Program-made: the position numbers and the translations under genes
The notes under the pieces: generated by a model
The model's input: only the letters and a program-made list of their open reading frames with translations
Databases searched by the model: none
What the model was told of the DNA's origin: nothing
Shown here: one piece after another, positions 9,955 through 18,825 of the stretch
Layout of the letters: each line of letters begins with the position of its first letter
How positions within the stretch are numbered: position 1 is the first letter of the stretch
Origin: Pseudomonadota bacterium
Lineage (GTDB): Bacteria > Pseudomonadota > Alphaproteobacteria > Rhizobiales > Rhizobiaceae
Direction of reading: 5' to 3'
Length of the DNA stretch: 64,000 nucleotides
NCBI GenBank assembly: GCA_023457435.1
Contig: JAEWLS010000020.1
Span: forward strand, 19,932 to 83,931

Positions 9955-10965
9955 TTGTTATCAGAGCAGGAACGTCAACTTCTAGACGCTATACTGAAGC
10001 GGTTTGCGGGACGGGTCGAGCTCGACCGGAATGGCAGCGTCAGCATGGAGGGCCAAGCCTGGGACCCTCACACCACACTACCCATCCTGAGATCTGTACT
10101 TCCCGATTGCCGTCCCGCCGACGCGGCGGATGCCTACGAGCAATTGCGCGCATTCATTCTCGCTTCGACGCCTGAAACGCTTCGCGCGGTCGATCTCGGG
10201 CTCATGCCGCCGTCCAAAGGCCTGCACTTCATGCTCGGGCCAGACGGTCTCTACTACGATTTCGTCAATACCGACCGCGTGCTGACCGAGCTGCAACGCG
10301 CTGGGGCAGCCCTGAGCGGCAGCGTCCTGGACTTCGGGTGCAGCACCGGGAGAAACGTAGCGGTTCTTGCAAGGTCCGGCCTGCCGCTCCAACTGACGGG
10401 CGTCGATCCTGTACCGTCGTCGATCGAATGGGCCAATGACAACATCGCCGGTGCGCAGTTTGTATTGTCGAGGCAGGCTCCCCCATTGCCTTTCTCGGAC
10501 CAGACGTTCGATCTGATATACGCGAAGAGCATCTGGACTCACTTTTCCCCGGACGCGGCGCGCCAATGGTTCGCGGAGATTGCCCGCCTCCTGAAGCGCG
10601 GGGGACATTTCTTCTTCAACATCCACGGCGCGCACGATCTTGCGAACCGGCTTGCACATAACTTTCCCGCGCCTCGATATGCGAACATCGCCCACGGTGA
10701 GTTTGCGGATCGCGCGTCCTTCGTCGGTGCTGCTTTCGACGGCATCGTCAATCATGGCTGGTTCTTTCGGCCCTACACATCGGCGGCGTCACAAGCAGAC
10801 CTCGGCAAACTGCCGGGTGCGGTGATCGACGATTGGGGCGTGATGTTCATGACGCCGGAATATCTGCGCGAGAAACTACTTCCCGCGAGCCTCGAGCTGG
10901 TACGCTATACTCCAGCGGCAACCGCCGGGCGGCTGGACGGCTGCGTCGTGCGGCGCGTGCGTTAG
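9955..10965 (+). CDS. Class I SAM-dependent methyltransferase
   Basis: VLDFGCSTGR motif I, LPFSDQTFDLIYAKSIWTH, ARLLKRGG. Confidence 0.85.
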   Translation: MLSEQERQLLDAILKRFAGRVELDRNGSVSMEGQAWDPHTTLPILRSVLPDCRPADAADAYEQLRAFILASTPETLRAVDLGLMPPSKGLHFMLGPDGLYYDFVNTDRVLTELQRAGAALSGSVLDFGCSTGRNVAVLARSGLPLQLTGVDPVPSSIEWANDNIAGAQFVLSRQAPPLPFSDQTFDLIYAKSIWTHFSPDAARQWFAEIARLLKRGGHFFFNIHGAHDLANRLAHNFPAPRYANIAHGEFADRASFVGAAFDGIVNHGWFFRPYTSAASQADLGKLPGAVIDDWGVMFMTPEYLREKLLPASLELVRYTPAATAGRLDGCVVRRVR

Positions 10966-10982
10966 GCCCGTCTCACCCCTTC

Positions 10983-12875
10983 TCAGACGCGCGGCATGCC
11001 TGGCGGTCTGATCGCCCGCTTCTGCGCGGCGATGCGGAACGGCGCGTTGGGAGCGCCGTAGCCTCTGCAGCCGCCGCGCCGCTCGACGACTTCGAAGAAG
11101 AAGCCTTCACCGAAATTCTGGCTGTAGAACTGGAAGAACTCGCCCGCAGCGTCGCGGTCGTAGAGGATGTTGCGCTCGCGCATGCGTGCCGTCACCGCCG
11201 GGTCGAGTCCGAACCGCGCCTCGAGGTCATCATAGTAGTTCGGGGTGATCTCCAGCGGCTGGAAGCCGAGCGAGGCCATGCGGTCGGCGGTTGCGAAGAC
11301 GTCGTCGCAGGCGAAGGCGAGATGCTGGACCGACGAGCCGAAGCTCTCGGCGATGAAGTGTCCGGCAAGCGTCCGCCTATTCTCGGCGCCGTTGAGCGTC
11401 AGCCGCAGACCGCCGTCGTCGCTCTCGACCACCTGGCTTCGCACGAGGCCGGCCGGGTCGACGACGTCGACCATCGGCGACTTCGCGGTGCGGAAGATCG
11501 CCGTGTAGAACAACAGCCAGGTCAGCATCTCCTCGTAGTTCATGGTCTGCGCGACGTGGTCGACCGCCGTCAGCCCGGCGCCGCGGCGGCCGATGTTGGC
11601 GACCGGCTCGAATTCGACGTCCCATACCGTCGCCAGCCGGTCGTCGATGAAGTAGATCACGCCCCCGCCGACGCCTCTGATGGCAGGTATGGCGAGTTCG
11701 CCGGGGCCGCGGCTCTCCTCGAAGGTCTCGGCGCCGAGGGCGCGAGCACGGGCCACCGTCGCCGCGGCGTCTGCAACGCGCAGGCCGATCGCATAGGCGT
11801 TCGTGCCATGCACCAGATATGACGAATGCGCAAAGCCCTCCTGGCTCGTGTTCAGCACGAGGTTGATGCCCCTGCCTCCGCCCTGCCTCCACACGGAGAC
11901 GTCGCGGCCGCGGTGACGCGCGGCGAGCGAGAAGCCGAGCGTGCCGAGCAGCGCGCCGAGCTCTTCGGCCTCATGCTCGTCGGCGGCGAACTCCACGAAC
12001 TCGACGCCGGAGACCGCAATGCGATCTGGCATCTCCGGGACCTCGATCGCCAGAGCCGGTTCGGCACGCCGCACCCGGTCCATCAGGTTGATGAGCGAGC
12101 GACGCCCGTCGACGGCGATGGAGCGCGGCGAGCCGCCGCGGAACTGGTCGTTGAAGATTTCCAGCGACAGCGGCCCGTCGTAGCCTGTCGCCGCAACGGC
12201 GCGCATGAAGCCGGTGACGTCGAGGTCGCCCTCCCCCGGCATGTTGCGGAAGTGGCGCGACCAGTAGAGCAGGTCCATGTCGATGCGTGGCGCGTCTGCC
12301 AGCTGGACGATGAAGATGCGGTCGCCGGGTATGGCGCGGATCGTTTCGACGTCGATCTTGCGCGCCAGCGTGTGGAACGAGTCGAGGATCAGCCCGACAT
12401 TGGGGTGGTCGGCCCGGCGCACGACCTCCCATGCGTCGCGGTGGTCGTTGACGTGACGGCCCCATGCCAATGCCTCGTAGCCGACGCGCACGCCATGTGC
12501 CCTGGCGATATCGCCAAGCTCGCGGAAGTCGGCCGCCGCGCGATCGATGCCGCCGAGAGCGGCGGGTGCGACGCTGGAGCAGATCAGCATCAAGTCGGTG
12601 CCGAGCTGGTTCATCAGCTCGAACTTGCGCCTGGCCCGCTCGAACGCCCGCATGCGCTGCGGCTCGGGCAGGCCTTCGAAGTCGCGGAACGGCTGGAACA
12701 GGGTGATTTCGAGCCCATGGTCGCGAACCATGGCGCCGACCTCCGCCGGGGTTCCGTCGAAGGCGAGGAAGTCGTTCTCGAATATCTCGACGCCGTCGAA
12801 CCCCGCCGCGGCAATAGCTGCCAGCTTCTCGCGCAGATCGCCGCTGATCGAGACCGTGGCGATCGAGGTCTTCAT
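10983..12875 (-). CDS. quiC: Bifunctional sugar-phosphate-isomerase/HPPD-like protein (QuiC1-type 3-dehydroshikimate dehydratase)
   Basis: MKTSIATVSISG start overlaps the aroQ stop; YEALAWG, DSFH, QLADAP, SRHFRNMPGEG, SLEIFND; C-terminal HPPD-like domain; shikimate context. Confidence 0.88.
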   Translation of the reverse strand: MKTSIATVSISGDLREKLAAIAAAGFDGVEIFENDFLAFDGTPAEVGAMVRDHGLEITLFQPFRDFEGLPEPQRMRAFERARRKFELMNQLGTDLMLICSSVAPAALGGIDRAAADFRELGDIARAHGVRVGYEALAWGRHVNDHRDAWEVVRRADHPNVGLILDSFHTLARKIDVETIRAIPGDRIFIVQLADAPRIDMDLLYWSRHFRNMPGEGDLDVTGFMRAVAATGYDGPLSLEIFNDQFRGGSPRSIAVDGRRSLINLMDRVRRAEPALAIEVPEMPDRIAVSGVEFVEFAADEHEAEELGALLGTLGFSLAARHRGRDVSVWRQGGGRGINLVLNTSQEGFAHSSYLVHGTNAYAIGLRVADAAATVARARALGAETFEESRGPGELAIPAIRGVGGGVIYFIDDRLATVWDVEFEPVANIGRRGAGLTAVDHVAQTMNYEEMLTWLLFYTAIFRTAKSPMVDVVDPAGLVRSQVVESDDGGLRLTLNGAENRRTLAGHFIAESFGSSVQHLAFACDDVFATADRMASLGFQPLEITPNYYDDLEARFGLDPAVTARMRERNILYDRDAAGEFFQFYSQNFGEGFFFEVVERRGGCRGYGAPNAPFRIAAQKRAIRPPGMPRV

Positions 12876-13309
12876 CCGCCTTCCCCGATCATGCCGATCA
12901 GCGCCCGAACCGCGAGCGGATAACCGCGCGCGCCAAGTCCGGCGAGCACGGCGGTGACTGCGGACGACATCAGGGAATGGCGGTAGATCTCGTCGCGCTT
13001 GTGGATGTTGGAGATATGGAACTCGATGATCGGGCCGCCGAACATCTTCAGCGCGTCGAGCACGGGAATCGATCGGAACGACAGGCCGGCAGGGTTGATG
13101 AGGATGCCCGCCCCGTTGTCGATCGCCTCGTGGATCCAGTCGACGAGCTGGTGCTCGGCATTGGTCTGGCGGAACTCGACCGGCCGCTCGCCCGCGGCGT
13201 CGCGGCACCACTGCTCGATCTCGGCCAGCGTGGTGCGGCCGTAGATCTCCGGCTCGCGCATGCCGAGGCGGTTGAGGTTCGGGCCGTTCAGGATGTAGAT
13301 CGGCTTCAT
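12872..13309 (-). CDS. aroQ: Type II 3-dehydroquinate dehydratase
   Basis: ILNGPNLNRLGMREPEIYG, INPAG, EFHISNIHKR. Confidence 0.93.
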   Translation of the reverse strand: MKPIYILNGPNLNRLGMREPEIYGRTTLAEIEQWCRDAAGERPVEFRQTNAEHQLVDWIHEAIDNGAGILINPAGLSFRSIPVLDALKMFGGPIIEFHISNIHKRDEIYRHSLMSSAVTAVLAGLGARGYPLAVRALIGMIGEGG

Positions 13310-13313
13310 TGCA

Positions 13314-14615
13314 TCAGCCTTGGTAGCCGAACAGGCGCGGCAGCCACAGCACCGTGTCGGGGAAGAAGGTGATCACCACCAGCGACAGGACCATCGTGTA
13401 GAGGAACGGCAGCACGTCCCGCACGATGTCCCACAGCGGCACGTTGGCGATCCGCGTCATGATGAACAGCAGCAGGCCATAGGGCGGCGTCACCAGCCCG
13501 AGCATGATGTTGACCACGCAGACCACGCCGAAATGCACCAGGTCGATGCCGAGCGCCTGCGCGGTCGGGATGAAGACCGGCAGGATGACGAGGATGATCG
13601 TCGTCCCTTCCAGCACGCAGCCCAGCACCAGCAAGATGACATTGACCATGATCAGGAACCCGGTCGGTGAAAGCTCCCAGGCCTGCAGCAGCACCTTCAG
13701 CGACTGCGGGATGTTCTCCACGGTCACGACGTAGTTGAAGACGAGCGCGCCAGCGATCAGCATGCCGATGGAGGCCGTGGTTCGGGCGCTGGCCAACACC
13801 GAGCGGTAGAAGTCGCCGAAGCTGACACTGCGGTAGAGCACGACGGAGACGAGCAGGGCGTAGAACGCCGCGACCGCAGCGGCCTCGGTCGGCGTGGTGA
13901 CGCCGGAATAGATGCCGCCAAACAGCACAACAGGCATGAGGAGCGCCGGCAGCGCGCGCACGGTGATGCCGGGGATCTCCCGCAGCGGTGTCGCCGGCTC
14001 GACGGGAAAGTTCCTGCGGCGGGCGTCCCAGGCAACCAGCACCATCTGGAACGCCGCCATCAACAGTCCGGGGACGACGCCGGCCAGGAACAGATAGCCG
14101 ATCGACGCATCCGAAACGAGCGCATAGATGATCATCGGGATCGACGGCGGGATGATCGGGCCGATCACCGAGGTTGCCGCCGTCAGCGCCGCCGCGTAGC
14201 TCGCCGGGTACTTGTTGTCGGCGGTCATCATGTTCTGCATCATCTTGCCGGAGCCGGCGGCATCGGCGATGGCCGAGCCCGACATGCCGGCGAAGATGAT
14301 CGACTGGAGCACGTTCACCTGCGCCAGCCCGCCGCGAAAGCGGCCGACGAAGGCATTGCAGAAGCGCAGCAGCCGCTCCGTCATGGAGCCGATGTTCATC
14401 AGCTCCGCCGCGAGGATGAACAGCGGCACGGCGAGAATGATGTAGTTGGTGTACATCCCGTTGAGGAACTGCTCGGCGACCGTACCCATGTCGAGACCGG
14501 CCAACAGCAGATAGAGGATCGACCCGGCAATCATCGCGTGGCCGACCGGCAAGCCGAGCAGTGCCAGCGCGGTGATCGCGACGAGCGCGATGGAAAAGGG
14601 GCTGGCGAGGTTCAT
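13314..14615 (-). CDS. dctM: TRAP transporter large permease
   Basis: LAVPLFILAAELM, GMSGSAIADAAG, IIPPSIP, GVTTPTEAA; start MNLASPF. Confidence 0.93.
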   Translation of the reverse strand: MNLASPFSIALVAITALALLGLPVGHAMIAGSILYLLLAGLDMGTVAEQFLNGMYTNYIILAVPLFILAAELMNIGSMTERLLRFCNAFVGRFRGGLAQVNVLQSIIFAGMSGSAIADAAGSGKMMQNMMTADNKYPASYAAALTAATSVIGPIIPPSIPMIIYALVSDASIGYLFLAGVVPGLLMAAFQMVLVAWDARRRNFPVEPATPLREIPGITVRALPALLMPVVLFGGIYSGVTTPTEAAAVAAFYALLVSVVLYRSVSFGDFYRSVLASARTTASIGMLIAGALVFNYVVTVENIPQSLKVLLQAWELSPTGFLIMVNVILLVLGCVLEGTTIILVILPVFIPTAQALGIDLVHFGVVCVVNIMLGLVTPPYGLLLFIMTRIANVPLWDIVRDVLPFLYTMVLSLVVITFFPDTVLWLPRLFGYQG

Positions 14616-15133
14616 ACGCCGGATCCTGCCTTTTCCGGATCGAACTCGTCCGGCGCCGATCCGCGCAGCACCTGCCATGACAGCCACAGGTAGCGCACGA
14701 TCACGGCTATCACGAACACCACGTAGATCGAGAACAGCCAGTCGAAGCGGATGTGGAGATAGGCGCTCTTCTGCACTTTCATAAACGTGACGTAGTCCCA
14801 GACGGCCGGAAGAGAGATCGCGTAGAGACCCACCAGCGAGGCCGCGCAGATCAGGAACATGATCGAGCGCGCCCGCGGCCGGGCTGAGGCGTAGATCAGG
14901 TCGAAGCGCATCTCCTCCTGCTCGGTGAGCACGAAGGCCGCGCCCCACAGCACGATCCATATCCACAGGATGGCGCTGAGCTCGTTGGTCCAACCCGTCG
15001 GCCAGTTCAGCACGTAGCGGAAGAGAACCTGAAGAAGGAAGGCGAAGAACATGACGGCGAGCATTGCCGCCAGCACGTTCTCGGCGCGGCGGTAGAGCCA
15101 GGCTCCCAGCCTTTGCATCGTCGGATTCATCAT
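14612..15133 (-). CDS. dctQ: TRAP transporter small permease
   Basis: Four TM segments, QVLFRYVLN..WTNEL; lies between dctP and dctM. Confidence 0.9.
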   Translation of the reverse strand: MMNPTMQRLGAWLYRRAENVLAAMLAVMFFAFLLQVLFRYVLNWPTGWTNELSAILWIWIVLWGAAFVLTEQEEMRFDLIYASARPRARSIMFLICAASLVGLYAISLPAVWDYVTFMKVQKSAYLHIRFDWLFSIYVVFVIAVIVRYLWLSWQVLRGSAPDEFDPEKAGSGV

Positions 15134-15149
15134 GGTCTCCGCATACGAA

Positions 15150-15173
15150 ACCGGGCGCGCGGACGCGCCCGGT
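15150..15173 (-). terminator. Stem-loop between dctP and dctQ (attenuator or mRNA stabiliser)
   Basis: ACCGGGCGCG-CGGA-CGCGCCCGGT perfect 10-bp stem. Confidence 0.5.
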
Positions 15174-15182
15174 CGCACCGCC

Positions 15183-16169
15183 CTAGAGCGCGTTGATCTT
15201 GTCGACCATGCCGGCCGGCCAGTTCTTGGCGAGCTCGGAAGCCAGGTACTGCTCCTGCACGTGCTTGCGGAAGGCGTCGCGATCCGGCTCGTAGATCTTC
15301 AGGCCGGCGGACTTGAACTTGTCGGCGAGCTCCGTCTCGCGGGCGAGGTGCTTGTCCGTGGAGAAAGCGATCGCAGCGTCTGCGGCGGCCTGGATCTTCG
15401 CCTGCTTGTCCGCACCGGCGGCGTCCCAGGCAACCTTGGAGATGGTCAGAAGATCGAAGCCGACGAGATGCGAGGTCAGCACGATCTGGTTCATGACCTC
15501 GTAGAACTTCATGTTCTCAACGTTCGGCAGCGGGTTGTCCTGGCCGTCGATCGCGCCGGTCTGGAGGCCGGTATAGACCTCGGCGTATGCCATCGGCGTC
15601 GGGTTGGCGCCGAGCGCGGTGCCGAGGAACTGCCAGGCCTCGCCGCCGGGCATGCGCAGCTTCACACCGGCGAGATCGGCAGGCGTCTTGATCTGCTTGT
15701 CGCCCTTGAGGCCAACCTGGCGAACGCCGAAATAGGTAGGGCCAAGCACCTTCACGCCGAGCTGGTCCTCGGTCATCTTCTTCATTTCGGCGCCCGCGTC
15801 GCTGGCGAAGAACTTCGTCACATGCTCGGCGTCGCGGAACAGGTATCCTGCGGTCAGGATCGACCAGGCCGGAATCTGGTTGGAGATATCCTGCGGGGCG
15901 ATGTTGCCCATCTCCAGATTGCCGCGCTGCAGCGCGACGAGCTCGGTACCCTGCTTGAACAGGTTGCCGCCGTAATAGCCTTCGAAGGTGAAGTCGTCCT
16001 TCACCGCGTCGGCGAACATCTTCATCATCTCGGCGCGGATGTCCTGCTCGGAGAACACGGCGGAGAAGCGCAGCTTCGGCTTGTCCTGCGCGAAAGCCGG
16101 GAAGGCTGTAGCGGCGCCGAGCGCGGCGGTGCCGGCCAGAAACTGGCGGCGGTTGGCGGTGATGTTCAT
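15183..16169 (-). CDS. dctP: TRAP substrate-binding protein DctP with Tat signal
   Basis: MNITANRRQFLAG twin-arginine signal; DLAGVKLRMP, EVYTGLQTGAIDGQDNP. Confidence 0.93.
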   Translation of the reverse strand: MNITANRRQFLAGTAALGAATAFPAFAQDKPKLRFSAVFSEQDIRAEMMKMFADAVKDDFTFEGYYGGNLFKQGTELVALQRGNLEMGNIAPQDISNQIPAWSILTAGYLFRDAEHVTKFFASDAGAEMKKMTEDQLGVKVLGPTYFGVRQVGLKGDKQIKTPADLAGVKLRMPGGEAWQFLGTALGANPTPMAYAEVYTGLQTGAIDGQDNPLPNVENMKFYEVMNQIVLTSHLVGFDLLTISKVAWDAAGADKQAKIQAAADAAIAFSTDKHLARETELADKFKSAGLKIYEPDRDAFRKHVQEQYLASELAKNWPAGMVDKINAL

Positions 16170-16194
16170 TGGGGTTCCTCCCTGTTTGACGACT

Positions 16195-17133
16195 TCAGCC
16201 GGGCGCAAGCGCTCCCGGCACGACGCCGGCACGCGCCGGCATACGGTCGAACGACGCGAAGGCGGCGCTCATCCGATCCATGTCCGGCTCGACGCCGGTG
16301 AAATGCTGAAAGGCGCGGACCGCCTGGTAGATCGCCATTCCCTCGCCCGAGAGCGTTCGGCAGCCGATGCTGCGCGCATGCCGCAGCAGCTCCGTCTCGA
16401 GGGGGAAGTATACGACATCGGCCACCCACTGCGACGGCTGGAGGAGCGAAGCGGGTAGCGGCATTCCCGGCAGTTTCGCCATGCCGACCGGCGTGGCGTT
16501 GACGATCCCGTCGGCGCCGCGGGCGGTAGCCGGCAAATCGCCGACGGCCTCGGCTCGCCCATCGCCGAAGCGGGCGAGGAGGCGTGCAACGAGAGCGGCC
16601 GCGCGATCCGCGTCGGTGTCATGGACATGCACGGTGCCGGCCCCCAGGTCGAGCAGCGCGTAGGCGACCGCCACGCCCGCCCCGCCGGCACCGAGCAGCA
16701 GGATGTCATTGCGCGCAACGCCGGCCATGCCGCGCCGGAAACTCTCGCGGAAACCCCACATGTCGGTGTTGTGGCCGAAACGCCTGCCGTCGCGCAGGAC
16801 CACGGTGTTGACCGAGCCGAGATCGCGCGCCGCCGGCGACAGCTCGTCGAGTAGCGGCACGATCTCCTGCTTGTACGGGAAGGTGACGTTGAAGCCGGTG
16901 AAGCCCAGATAGCCGGCAAATCGCAGTATCTCGGGAAGGCTCGGCGGGACGGTCCCCATGCGGTCGACGTCGAGCAGCCGGTACACATAGGGAATGCCCT
17001 GCGCGCGCGCCTCGTTCTCGTGCATGAACGGCGTGCGCGAAGCCTGGATGCCGCGGCCGATCAGGCCGACCAGCACCGTCGGGCCAGATTCGATCCGCTC
17101 CATGCGCTCGACCAGTTGAGCAACCGCCGTCAC
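16195..17133 (-). CDS. aroE: Shikimate/quinate dehydrogenase
   Basis: SRTPFMH, NVTFPYK, GSVNT, GHNTD, GAGGAG, NATPVGM. Confidence 0.92.
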   Translation of the reverse strand: MTAVAQLVERMERIESGPTVLVGLIGRGIQASRTPFMHENEARAQGIPYVYRLLDVDRMGTVPPSLPEILRFAGYLGFTGFNVTFPYKQEIVPLLDELSPAARDLGSVNTVVLRDGRRFGHNTDMWGFRESFRRGMAGVARNDILLLGAGGAGVAVAYALLDLGAGTVHVHDTDADRAAALVARLLARFGDGRAEAVGDLPATARGADGIVNATPVGMAKLPGMPLPASLLQPSQWVADVVYFPLETELLRHARSIGCRTLSGEGMAIYQAVRAFQHFTGVEPDMDRMSAAFASFDRMPARAGVVPGALAPG

Positions 17134-17160
17134 GCTTCCTCCCTCGCGCTACGCCGAAGT

Positions 17161-17180
17161 TGAACTATCCGGTTAATTCA
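17161..17180. promoter_or_regulatory. Putative TetR operator
   Basis: TGAACTATCCGGTTAATTCA matches its own reverse complement at 16/20 positions; lies between divergent aroE and tetR. Confidence 0.6.
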
Positions 17181-17238
17181 GTCAACGGCTTTGATGATGC
17201 GGGGCGAGTCGTGTAGAGCCGCGACGCGGAGGACAGTC

Positions 17239-17913
17239 ATGAGCGGGCACGACCTGCGGAGCGACAAGGGTTTGGTGCGCGGGGGCTGGAAGCAGGATCC
17301 GGCCGGCGTGCAGGCGAACATCATTACGATCGCGACGGCGGAGTTTGCGCGAAACGGGCTATCCGGAGCCCGCATGGACGAGATCGCCGCCAAGACGCGC
17401 ACGTCGAAGCGGATGATCTACTACTATTTCGGCGACAAGGACGGCCTTTACAGGCGTGTCCTCGAGGAAGCCTACCGCAAGGTGCGGGATGGCGAGCAGA
17501 AGCTGGACCTCGATCATCTGCCGCCTGTCGAGGCGCTCAAGCGGCTCGTCGAATTCACTTTCGATCATCACAGCCGCAATCCGGATTTCATCCGTCTGGT
17601 GATGATCGAGAACATCCATCACGGCGAGTACATGACGGAGTCCGCGGCAATCCGCGACGTCAACGCTGGCGCCATCCGCAAGCTCGAAGACATTTGCCGG
17701 CGCGGCCAGGAGGAAGGCTCCTTCCGGGTCGTGGACCCGGTGGAGATTCACTGGCACATCAGCGCGCTGTCGTTCTTCAACGTGTCGAACCGGGCGACCT
17801 TCTCCGGCATCTTCGGCAGCGAGCTGTTTACCGGAGACGGCCAGGACCGGCTGCGCGAGCATGTCGTCGACATGATGCTGCGCTACGTGCTGGTGCAGCC
17901 GACTGCAGCGTAG
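17239..17913 (+). CDS. TetR/AcrR family regulator
   Basis: EFARNGLSGARMDEIAAKTRTSKRMIYYYFGDK HTH; ATG at 17239 after GGAGG. Confidence 0.93.
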   Translation: MSGHDLRSDKGLVRGGWKQDPAGVQANIITIATAEFARNGLSGARMDEIAAKTRTSKRMIYYYFGDKDGLYRRVLEEAYRKVRDGEQKLDLDHLPPVEALKRLVEFTFDHHSRNPDFIRLVMIENIHHGEYMTESAAIRDVNAGAIRKLEDICRRGQEEGSFRVVDPVEIHWHISALSFFNVSNRATFSGIFGSELFTGDGQDRLREHVVDMMLRYVLVQPTAA

Positions 17914-18341
17914 GCTTCGTCGGGCATCGACTTCCAAGGCTCGATCGGTTCGCGCGGACCACCGGCCTGGTGGAACTCGATAACGGCGCCTTCGGGCGTC
18001 CAGATCAGCGCGCGGAAACCGTCGCGCGGCGGTTGTTTGAACCGGTAGCCGGCGGCTGCGACCTTGTCGCACATGGCATAGAGGTCATCGACGCGAAAGC
18101 AGACGTGGCTGATGCCCGGCGTCGCGTTCGGATTGGCGAAACTCTGCACCAGTGCCAGCACCGGCGCGAAACGCGGCGAGCGTGCCGCTTCCTCGTCGTT
18201 CGGCGCCGCTACGAAGGCGGCCTTGAAGCGGCCGCCCGGGCCCTCGATCTCGCGGAAGGGGATCATGCCGAGCTTGTCCCGATAGAATGCCTTCGAGGCC
18301 TCCAGGTCGGCCGTATAGACCGTCGTATGCAGGTAATGCAT
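17883..18341 (-). CDS. VOC/glyoxalase I-like protein (paralogue 1, degenerate metal site)
   Basis: MHYLHT..., SHVCFRVDD, PPRDG, IEFHQ; aligns by eye with the two other paralogues. Confidence 0.85.
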   Translation of the reverse strand: MHYLHTTVYTADLEASKAFYRDKLGMIPFREIEGPGGRFKAAFVAAPNDEEAARSPRFAPVLALVQSFANPNATPGISHVCFRVDDLYAMCDKVAAAGYRFKQPPRDGFRALIWTPEGAVIEFHQAGGPREPIEPWKSMPDEAYAAVGCTST

Positions 18342-18351
18342 CGGTTGCCTC

Positions 18352-18807
18352 TCAGTCGTTGTAGGTGCCGGCGTCGGGCTGCGACAGCCACGGCTCACGC
18401 GGCTCCAGAGCGGGGCGGCGCTGGATGAGTTCTATGGTCATGCCCTCTGGCGAGTGAAGATAGGCCTTGAAGCCGTCACGCGGCGGGCGGTTGAGGACGA
18501 CGCCCTTCTTCCGCAGATCGTCGCTGACCGCGTAGATGTCGTCGACGCGGTAGCCCATGTGAACGAAGGGGCGACGACCCTGCTGATTGCGTTTGGCCTC
18601 GTCCCATTCGCAGCAGAGTTCGATGACGGGCGAGAACTTCGCCGAGCGGCCGCTCTCCGCGTCGTCCGGGGCGGCGAGGAAGACGAAAGTCGCCTGCTCC
18701 TCCTCCGATTCCATGCGGCGCACTTCGACGAAACCGAGCAGATCGACATAGAAGGCGAGCGACTCGGCGAGGTCGCGCACCCTGATCATCGTATGCAGAT
18801 ATTCCAT
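18352..18807 (-). CDS. VOC/glyoxalase I-like protein (paralogue 2)
   Basis: MEYLHTMIRVRDL, IEL, HMGYRVDDIY, NRPPRDG, IELIQ. Confidence 0.9.
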   Translation of the reverse strand: MEYLHTMIRVRDLAESLAFYVDLLGFVEVRRMESEEEQATFVFLAAPDDAESGRSAKFSPVIELCCEWDEAKRNQQGRRPFVHMGYRVDDIYAVSDDLRKKGVVLNRPPRDGFKAYLHSPEGMTIELIQRRPALEPREPWLSQPDAGTYND

Positions 18808-18825
18808 CTCTCACCTGTCCAAGAA

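Noticed and set aside
10983..12030. 4-hydroxyphenylpyruvate dioxygenase for tyrosine catabolism
   Set aside because: The HPPD-like part is the C-terminal domain of a QuiC1-type fusion in a shikimate operon
10983..13211. 742-aa ORF suggesting an N-terminally extended QuiC
   Set aside because: The extension overlaps aroQ in another frame and is R/P-rich; the real start is the ATG at 12875
17883..17913. 31-bp convergent overlap of tetR and VOC 3' ends as a regulatory device
   Set aside because: Short convergent overlaps are common in high-GC genomes (also 51777-51793); no further support
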